Assembly: GCA_037969565.1 (NCBI GenBank)
Contig: JBBKXQ010000161.1
Span: forward strand, 492-64,491
Source of the DNA: Acidimicrobiales bacterium
GTDB taxonomy: Bacteria; Actinomycetota; Acidimicrobiia; Acidimicrobiales; SZUA-35
Direction of reading: 5' to 3'
DNA: 64,000 bases
Part shown: positions 57,510 through 64,000 of the stretch, in pieces
How the letters are laid out: every line of letters starts with the position of its first letter
Position numbering within the stretch: position 1 is the stretch's first letter
The notes under the pieces: model-generated
Databases searched by the model: none
What the model was told of the DNA's origin: nothing
What the model saw: the letters and a program-made list of their open reading frames with translations, nothing else
Made by a program: the position numbers and the translations under genes

Positions 57510-59108
57510 TCAGCGGTCGATTGGCGCAGAGTTCGATGACTCGATTCGAGGTGTTGGCTCGACCCGTGACCCGGAACCGTGCTCGGCAACGAGTCGGGCG
57601 GTGGTGCGTTCCCGCAGGTCGATCACGGTGCTCGAGGCGGTCGGAGCCGCTTGCTCAGTCATCGAATTCGGGAAGAATCGGCGGAGTGGGAGCACGGCGC
57701 CACTCACGATCAGTTGCTCGACGGTAGCCAAGAGGATCCGGAGGTCGAGGCCCAGGGTCCAGTTCTCGACATAGTGGAGGTCGAGCCGGCGGTAGGCGCT
57801 GAAACTGGAGTTCCGCCGTGCCTCGACCTGCCACAGACCCGTGATTCCGGGGCGCACATCGAATCGGGCCCGGTGTTCGTCATCGAACGCCTGCTCTTCC
57901 TCGATCAGAGCCGGACGGGGACCGACCAGGCTCATCTGCCCGCGGAGCACGTTGATCAGTTGCGGGAGTTCATCGATCGAGGTTTCGCGAATGAAACGGC
58001 CGACCTTGGTGATGCGAGGGTCGTTGTCGACCTTGAACAAAGGACCAGAGCGCTCGTTCTCGCCCTCGAGTTCGCTCTTCAGTTCCTCGGCGTCTGGCAC
58101 CATCGACCGGAATTTGATCATCTCGAAGAACTGCGAGCGCCGTCCAGCTCGCGGCTGCTTGAAGAGGATCGGACCGCCATCTTCCACCTTGATGGCCATT
58201 GCGGTGAGGATGAGTACAGGGCTGACGATGATGAGGGCCACGATGGCACCGATGACGTCGATGATCCGTTTGATCGCCCGCTGCCAAGCCGGCGGTTCAT
58301 TGGCGCTCATCACGACGATGGGTTCGTGGGCCAGGGAACGAACTTCGAAGCGACCGTCCCAGAGTCGGCTGACACCGGTGGAGAGGTTGACGTCGAATCC
58401 GGCATCGAAGAGGACCGACGTGATCGAGCGGAACTGCTCACCTCGGAAGCCGGTGGGTGTGACGATGGCGGATCGAGTTTGGTGGACATGCATCAGCTCG
58501 ACGAGGCGGCTGGTCGGCCCGAGCCAGAGATGTTCGAGTTGGTACTTCTCGGCCACCGGAAGATGGCCGACGAGACCGACGAGTCGGAAACGCGATTCAG
58601 GGTGATCGAGGATGACCTCGGCCAGCTCACCGGCTTCCTTACCCGAACCCACGATGATGACAGGCTCGAGATGATTGTGCGGACTCAATTCGGCGCCGAG
58701 GCGCCGAATCATGCCTCTGGCCAGGATGAGAACCGAGGCCGAGGTGAAGACACCAACCAGGATCTCCCAGGCGCCGATGCGCCAATCGAGGAAGGCCACC
58801 ACCACGACCGCAATGGCGGCACCGGCCAGAATGCCGCCGAGCAAGCGCGAAATTTCATCGGTGCGGGGGAGTGTCGGGCACATCTGGTAGAGGGCAGCGC
58901 GCTCGAACATGACCATCGTTGCGACTACTGCGATGCCGACGAGGATCCAGGAGTGGCTCGTCATCCGCGTACCCGGCGTGGTGATGTTCGTGAGCACGAA
59001 GCTCGTCGCCCACGCCGCGAACAGCGACACCAGGTCGACCAGACGCATCCGAATACCCGGCCACGCTTTGCGATTTTCGACGTGTCTCACCGCTGATCCA
59101 TCTTTCAC
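57510..59108 (-). CDS. large WbaP/CpsE-type polyprenyl glycosylphosphotransferase
   Basis: Multi-TM N-domain, a Rossmann-like middle (VIIVGSGKEAGEL), and a C-terminal sugar-transferase core (KFRSM, IDELPQLINVLRGQMSLVGPRP). Confidence 0.8.
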   Translation of the reverse strand: MKDGSAVRHVENRKAWPGIRMRLVDLVSLFAAWATSFVLTNITTPGTRMTSHSWILVGIAVVATMVMFERAALYQMCPTLPRTDEISRLLGGILAGAAIAVVVVAFLDWRIGAWEILVGVFTSASVLILARGMIRRLGAELSPHNHLEPVIIVGSGKEAGELAEVILDHPESRFRLVGLVGHLPVAEKYQLEHLWLGPTSRLVELMHVHQTRSAIVTPTGFRGEQFRSITSVLFDAGFDVNLSTGVSRLWDGRFEVRSLAHEPIVVMSANEPPAWQRAIKRIIDVIGAIVALIIVSPVLILTAMAIKVEDGGPILFKQPRAGRRSQFFEMIKFRSMVPDAEELKSELEGENERSGPLFKVDNDPRITKVGRFIRETSIDELPQLINVLRGQMSLVGPRPALIEEEQAFDDEHRARFDVRPGITGLWQVEARRNSSFSAYRRLDLHYVENWTLGLDLRILLATVEQLIVSGAVLPLRRFFPNSMTEQAAPTASSTVIDLRERTTARLVAEHGSGSRVEPTPRIESSNSAPIDR

Positions 59109-59120
59109 CGCTCCGCTCGC

Positions 59121-59153
59121 ACTCTGCTCACACTCTGCTCACACGCTGCTCAC
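59121..59153. repeat. three tandem 11-bp direct repeats
   Basis: ACTCTGCTCAC, ACTCTGCTCAC and ACGCTGCTCAC. They begin 13 bp upstream of the large transferase start, inside a 355-bp divergent intergenic region. Confidence 0.8.
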
Positions 59154-59463
59154 CAAAGATGCTCTTCGTGTTCGCCCGCTGCGAACGTCGAAGTCATTGC
59201 TTGCTGTGGGTGTCCTCGGCACCGTACGCCACCGTGCCTCGAGCTTCGAGGAGCCGGGTGGTTTCACCCATCCGCTCTCACGCCCACTCATCTCGGGGCA
59301 GTTCTCGCATCGTAACGCTCGATCCTGTGGGGTATCCGGACCGTTACGCAGAGTTCTAAGCTCGACGCAGATTCGTGACGAAAGAGACGTATGAACAGAG
59401 CGATTGGGTCCGACAACGATCGGCGCCATCCCCGAAGAATTTCCGGCTGCGATCGGGGTCCCG

Positions 59464-60588
59464 ATGTTCGGTGAGGTCTACGACGGAAAGCGTGTACTCG
59501 TGACCGGCCACACCGGCTTCAAGGGATCGTGGCTCACGAGTTGGCTCCTGAAGCTCGGTGCGACGGTTTGTGGCGTGTCGGATCAGATTCCTACCGAGCC
59601 GTCGATGTTCGTCGAGCTGGGCCTGGAGAAGCTGATCGAGCACCATTTCTGCGACATTCGGGACCTCGACGCCGTGCGTTCGATCGTGCACGACTTCCAG
59701 CCCGACTTTCTGTTCCACCTCGCCGCCCAACCAATCGTGTCGGTTTCCTACGCCGAGCCGCTCGACACCATCACCACGAACGTGTTGGGAACGGCCCACC
59801 TCCTCGAGACGCTTCGCACCTTGACCAATCCCTGTACGGCTGTGTTCATCACGTCCGACAAGGCCTACGAGAATGTCGAATGGGAGTGGGGCTACAAAGA
59901 AACCGACCCGGTCGGCGGCCGCGACATCTACAGCGGCTCGAAGGGCGCAGCCGAAATCATCTTTCACGCCTACCAGTGGTCGTTCTTCAATCGGTCTGGT
60001 GACGACGACCCCACGGCGCACATCCGGCTCGCCACGGGTCGCGCCGGCAACGTCATCGGCGGAGGCGACTGGGCCAAGGATCGAATCGTGGTCGACTGCA
60101 TGAGGAGCTGGTCCGAAGGCAAGTCGGTGGAGATCCGGAGCCCCTCGGCCACGCGCCCCTGGCAGCACGTGCTCGAGCCGCTGAGCGGCTACTTGGCCCT
60201 TGGCCAGCAACTCCATCTCGATGCCGACCTCCATGGTGAGTCGTTCAACTTCGGCCCTCGAGCCGAGAAGAATCGGACGGTTCTGGATCTCTTGGCTGAT
60301 CTCAGCCAACACTGGAATTTCGACTCGGTGGACGCCGCTTACCGCGTGACCGGCAATGTGCCGTTTCACGAAGCCGGGTTGCTCAAGCTGAACTGTGACA
60401 AAGCGCTGTTTCATCTGAACTGGCAGGCCACACTCTTCTACGACGAACTGGTCCGTTTCGTCAGCGAGTGGTACTACGCCTTCTATCGGGGCGGTGTCGA
60501 CATGTATCAAACGACCATGGATCAGATCGCTGAGTACGAGAAATCCGCGTCGGGCCGCAACATGGCCTGGGCCAACGAGGTCTCGTGA
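59464..60588 (+). CDS. rfbG: CDP-glucose 4,6-dehydratase
   Basis: MFGEVYDGKRVLVTGHTGFKGSWL and downstream SDR motifs (YSGSK). Start is ATG 59464; the tracked ORF starts at 59404. Confidence 0.8.
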   Translation: MFGEVYDGKRVLVTGHTGFKGSWLTSWLLKLGATVCGVSDQIPTEPSMFVELGLEKLIEHHFCDIRDLDAVRSIVHDFQPDFLFHLAAQPIVSVSYAEPLDTITTNVLGTAHLLETLRTLTNPCTAVFITSDKAYENVEWEWGYKETDPVGGRDIYSGSKGAAEIIFHAYQWSFFNRSGDDDPTAHIRLATGRAGNVIGGGDWAKDRIVVDCMRSWSEGKSVEIRSPSATRPWQHVLEPLSGYLALGQQLHLDADLHGESFNFGPRAEKNRTVLDLLADLSQHWNFDSVDAAYRVTGNVPFHEAGLLKLNCDKALFHLNWQATLFYDELVRFVSEWYYAFYRGGVDMYQTTMDQIAEYEKSASGRNMAWANEVS

Positions 60589-61043
60589 CGAGCGAATTCC
60601 GACCACTCCCAGGCATGAGCGTGACGCCGCTCGCCCGAATCGAGAACCCCAAGGGCGATCTCTACCACGCCCTCAAATCGTCGGAGGACAGTTTCTCGTC
60701 ATTTGGTGAGGCGTATTTCACCACGGTGGGAGTCGGTGAGGTCAAGGGTTGGAAGCGTCATTCGGTGATGCGTCTCAATCTCGTGGTGCCCGCCGGATCG
60801 GTGACGTTCTGTGTCCGCGAGCCTCGATCCGCCCGCACGGCTTCGATCACGATCGACTCGGCGAATTACGTACGCTTGACGGTCGAGCCAGGTCTGTGGA
60901 TGGCCTTCAAAGGCAACGGCCAGGGGCTGAACCTCGTGCTCAATCTGGCATCGATCGAGCACGATCCGAGCGAAGTCGAGAGTGCAGACCTGGACACCTT
61001 CGACTTCGTCGAAGATGAGTCTGCATCGGGAGACCACCGTTGA
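60585..61043 (+). CDS. WxcM/FdtA-like cupin (sugar-nucleotide ketoisomerase-like)
   Basis: 152 aa with PKGDLYHAL...FGEAYFTTV..GEVKGWKRH, the pattern of FdtA/QdtA/WxcM-like domains. GTGA overlap with rfbG. Confidence 0.55.
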   Translation: MTSEFRPLPGMSVTPLARIENPKGDLYHALKSSEDSFSSFGEAYFTTVGVGEVKGWKRHSVMRLNLVVPAGSVTFCVREPRSARTASITIDSANYVRLTVEPGLWMAFKGNGQGLNLVLNLASIEHDPSEVESADLDTFDFVEDESASGDHR

Positions 61044-61567
61044 TCTTCGAGCCAACCGCCATCGAGGGGGTGGTGATCGTCGATCTCGAGCCTCGTGGCG
61101 ACGAGCGGGGGTTCTTCTCCCGCATCTTCTGTGTCGAGGAGTTCGAGGCCCAGGGGCTCACCGCTCCGGCTCAGCAGGGGAATCTGAGTTTCACCGCACT
61201 GGCGGGAACGGTCCGCGGCATCCATTGGCAAACGGGCGCCGCAGCGGAGGCGAAACTGTTCCGGTGCATCAGGGGCGCGATGTTCGACGTGGCGGTCGAC
61301 GTCCGTCGTGACTCACCGACCTATCTCACTCATGTCGCAGTCGAGCTCAGTGCCCACAACCGCCGATCGCTCTACCTGGGCGAGGGCATTGCCCACGGCT
61401 TTCAAACTCTGCTGCCCGACACCGAAGCCCTGTATCTCGTGAGCGAGCCTCATGAGGCCGAGGCGGAACGAGGAATCCGCCCGACCGATCCCAAGCTCGG
61501 GATCGACTGGCCGATGACGATCGCCGATCTGTCGGTGAAGGACCAAGCCTGGCCTCTGCTGGACTGA
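61040..61567 (+). CDS. RmlC-like sugar-nucleotide 3,5-epimerase (cupin)
   Basis: FEPTAIEGVVIVDLEPRGDERGFFSRIF and HGFQTL motifs of dTDP-4-dehydrorhamnose 3,5-epimerase family. TTG start overlaps the upstream stop. Confidence 0.75.
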   Translation: MIFEPTAIEGVVIVDLEPRGDERGFFSRIFCVEEFEAQGLTAPAQQGNLSFTALAGTVRGIHWQTGAAAEAKLFRCIRGAMFDVAVDVRRDSPTYLTHVAVELSAHNRRSLYLGEGIAHGFQTLLPDTEALYLVSEPHEAEAERGIRPTDPKLGIDWPMTIADLSVKDQAWPLLD

Positions 61568-61576
61568 GACGAACCT

Positions 61577-63265
61577 CTAGGAGGCCTCAGTGATTGTGCT
61601 CGGAATGGTCGAGCAGCTGGCGAGGTGGTCGCCGAGCCGCAGGCCGAGGGCGACGTCGGTGAGCGTGGGGTTGGCGTAACCATTGGTGGGGAATACTGCG
61701 GACCCCACCACATACAGATTTTCGTGGTCGTGGGTTCGGCAATTTGGATCGACCACCCCCGATTCCGAGTCGAGCGACATGCGGGCGGTCCCCGCTGCGT
61801 GATGGCTCGAGAACTTGACCACGTGACGGTTGGCCGGGGTTCGGTGGATCGGACCGAACGCTGACTCGAGCGCATCGAGGACCGGTTGGGCTGCAATATC
61901 GGCCAGGCGTCGATCGTCGGCATTCCAGTTCCACGTGATCCGCGGGTGATGCCAACCGAGCTTGGTTTTCTGTTTCGAGAGCTGTATTCGGTTCTCGTCT
62001 CTCGGCCGTTGCTCGGCCAAGGCCAGAATGTCGAATCGGCCACCCGATTCGGCCGTGTTGCTCTCGGCCCACCACCCGTTCTCGAAGGACCAATCGGTGT
62101 TGGAGCGACGGCTTCGAGTCCGGAGCAAACGAACGAGATCGGGAGCTCCGGTGACGGTTCGCATCACATGGGCCGCGGTGTTGCGATTGAAGCGGACACT
62201 GCGCAACTGATCGGCCAATTCCTGGGCCCCACGTAGTCCGCCGAGAATACGCCGGGGTTCGGGTTGGGTGGTTGCTGCCTTGATGGGCAAGACCGTTGCT
62301 GCGAGCGCCATGACTTCGGGGGAGCTCGAGGTCACGAGCTTCGGCCAGAGGACCCCCGTGTCCGAGACGCTCGAGGCGGCGAGGCACCGTAGTGAGTCGT
62401 GGTCGACGTCGGGCTTGATTTCGAGCGTGCCAATGCGCAGTTGCGGATGATCCATCAGGCCGCGTCCGAGCAGGTCGGAGGAGTTGGCGGCGTGACGTCC
62501 CCCGGACCATGAACTCTCCAGGAGGATCCGAGTCGATTGGTAGAGGCCGGCAGCGAGAATGAACCGTTCGGCGTGAACCTCGATGGTGTGGCCCGTCAGA
62601 GCCCGGATGACAGCATGATCGATCCGACCGTCCGGACGGATGACGAACTTCCAGACCGGCGCGTTGGTGATCACCTGGGCCGAGCCAAAACGGGCAGGCC
62701 CGGGATTTCCGATCAGCGAGCGGTCGACACACCAGAACGGGGCCGACGGTGCGGTGAGGTCATCCAGCGGAGAGCTTGCGGTGTCGGGGCGGCGGAATTC
62801 GAACTCGGCCTCGGCCTGGAGGTAGTAAGCCTCGAGATCGGCGTAGTCGAGTGGCCACCCGGGAATCCCGAGGCCCGGTCGGGGGGCGAGATCCGAAGCC
62901 GTCAACCGGGCGAGTCGGATGCCGGTGCCGGCGGCATCGGGACGCAGACGAACCGCTGGTAGATCGAGCGATCCACCGAGCCGGATCGACGTCTGACCGG
63001 ACGGATCCTGGGCATGGGTGCCCGTCAGCGGAATGTCGGGCCCCGTGGCGTGTTGGAGACGCCTGATGGTTGGGCCCGTGCCGCCGGCTTCGAGGACCAG
63101 GATCGCTTCACCCGATTTGCTGGCCCGACGGGCCACAGCCTGAGCCGTGGCCCCCGAACCGATGATGCACAAATCGCAGGACATTCGTTTCGTGTCCCGA
63201 TCGATCGCCGCAAGATCGGTGGCCCACAACGAAGGGTCGCTGCTGCCGCCATGTGGATCTGTCAT
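61577..63265 (-). CDS. GMC-family FAD-dependent oxidoreductase
   Basis: N-terminal DLCIIGSGATAQAVA (FAD GxGxxA). C-terminal HHAAGTARM...VVDPNCRTHDHENLYVVGSAVFPT is the GMC_oxred_C pattern. Confidence 0.75.
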   Translation of the reverse strand: MTDPHGGSSDPSLWATDLAAIDRDTKRMSCDLCIIGSGATAQAVARRASKSGEAILVLEAGGTGPTIRRLQHATGPDIPLTGTHAQDPSGQTSIRLGGSLDLPAVRLRPDAAGTGIRLARLTASDLAPRPGLGIPGWPLDYADLEAYYLQAEAEFEFRRPDTASSPLDDLTAPSAPFWCVDRSLIGNPGPARFGSAQVITNAPVWKFVIRPDGRIDHAVIRALTGHTIEVHAERFILAAGLYQSTRILLESSWSGGRHAANSSDLLGRGLMDHPQLRIGTLEIKPDVDHDSLRCLAASSVSDTGVLWPKLVTSSSPEVMALAATVLPIKAATTQPEPRRILGGLRGAQELADQLRSVRFNRNTAAHVMRTVTGAPDLVRLLRTRSRRSNTDWSFENGWWAESNTAESGGRFDILALAEQRPRDENRIQLSKQKTKLGWHHPRITWNWNADDRRLADIAAQPVLDALESAFGPIHRTPANRHVVKFSSHHAAGTARMSLDSESGVVDPNCRTHDHENLYVVGSAVFPTNGYANPTLTDVALGLRLGDHLASCSTIPSTITEAS

Positions 63266-63467
63266 CGACCGCCCGCCGATTGTCCAAGGGGTGAAGAGTT
63301 GGGTTGCGTGTCACAAAGCTAGTCTGTTCTGCGTTGAACACGAACGACTCCGGGCCCGAAACACGACGGCCGGAATCGGCTGTGGGTCCACGTCGGCTCG
63401 TGCCGGGATTCAATGATTCGGTTTCCCACCAGGAAAATTCAGCCCGTCGATCAGGAGAGCAAAACCG

Positions 63468-64000
63468 TTGATCATCGTCGATCGAGCTCTGGAGAAACGT
63501 CATCGCGAGGGCAATCCGGTGCGGGTGGCGGTGACGGGGGCCGGATTCATCAATCGGGGTATGACGAATCGCATCGTCAACCACACGCCGGGCATGGATC
63601 TGTCGGTCATCGTCAACCGAACGGCGGCCAACGCCATCCGCTGCTTCGCCGAAGCCGGCATCGACGATCCGATCGAGGTCAACACGGTCGCTGAGTTGAC
63701 GGCCGCGATCGAAGTCGGGCGTTGTGCGTTCACCGACGATTACTCCGTCGCCACGGGATGCGAATTGATCGACGTCTTGATCGAGGGCACGGGCACGATT
63801 CACTACGCCACCCCAATCGTCGAGGCGGCAATCCAGGGCGGTCAGCACGTGGTGATGCTCAATGCAGAACTCGATGCCGTGATCGGTCCGATTCTCCATC
63901 GTAAGGCCGAAGCTGCGGGTGTCGTCTACACCGGATGCGACGGCGACCAACCCGGTGCGCAGATGAACTTGATCCGGTTCGTCGAGGGCATCGGGGCCCG
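63468..64000 (+). CDS. NAD(P)-binding oxidoreductase, predicted homoserine-dehydrogenase-like (COG4091-type), partial
   Basis: TTG start with AGGAGAG 8 nt upstream. Translation LIIVDRALEKRHREGNPVRVAVTGAGFINRGM...GCDGDQPGAQMNLIRFV. The frame is open to the window end and is absent from the ORF track. Confidence 0.55.
   Translation, partial: MIIVDRALEKRHREGNPVRVAVTGAGFINRGMTNRIVNHTPGMDLSVIVNRTAANAIRCFAEAGIDDPIEVNTVAELTAAIEVGRCAFTDDYSVATGCELIDVLIEGTGTIHYATPIVEAAIQGGQHVVMLNAELDAVIGPILHRKAEAAGVVYTGCDGDQPGAQMNLIRFVEGIGA

Noticed and set aside
38732-64000. Interpreting the glycan locus as a horizontally acquired genomic island.
   Set aside because: No integrase, transposase, tRNA, direct repeats or obvious compositional break can be established by eye in the window. 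Only a quantitative GC/codon analysis and comparative genomics could decide.

Overview
High-GC, Actinomycetota-like chromosomal segment: no ftsA, but sepF, divIVA, bpa and a histone-H1/DksA fusion are present, and many genes have GTG/TTG starts. Class-level taxonomy cannot be set from the sequence alone.

**1-1.8 kb (minus strand):** a partial acyl-CoA dehydrogenase, an HNH nuclease, an untracked 53-aa zinc-ribbon ORF and a lipoate/biotin-ligase-family gene.

**1.9-20.5 kb:** a near-complete dcw cell-wall/division cluster, mraZ-rsmH-ftsL-ftsI-murE-mraY-murD-ftsW-murG-murC-murB-ftsQ-ftsZ, followed by pgeF-yggS-sepF-divIVA. murF and yggT are absent from their usual positions.

**20.5-38.7 kb (housekeeping):** ileS, a lysine-rich histone-like/DksA-like fusion, lspA, rluD, a nitroreductase with an Rrf2 regulator, an alkaline-phosphatase-family protein, a heterodimeric ABC exporter pair, the proteasome activator bpa, an orphan ORF, a secreted CAP/DUF4214 protein and dnaE.

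**38.75 kb to the window end:** a roughly 25-kb Wzx/Wzy-type glycan locus that starts 22 bp after dnaE. It encodes:
- two GT2, two GT4 and one GT26 glycosyltransferase
- two polyprenyl-phosphate sugar transferases
- two sulfotransferases
- a CDP-glucose pathway (rfbF, rfbG) with FdtA-like and RmlC-like cupins
- a GH74-like Asp-box lipoprotein
- a chain-length/BY-kinase-like protein with a degenerate P-loop
- Gfo/Idh/MocA, SDR, GMC and COG4091-type oxidoreductases

No rRNA, tRNA, CRISPR, transposase, integrase or recognisable defence system was seen. The most unusual content is the sulfotransferase-bearing glycan locus. It is an inferred, not demonstrated, novel polysaccharide system. All calls rest on motif recognition by eye; no database search was run.
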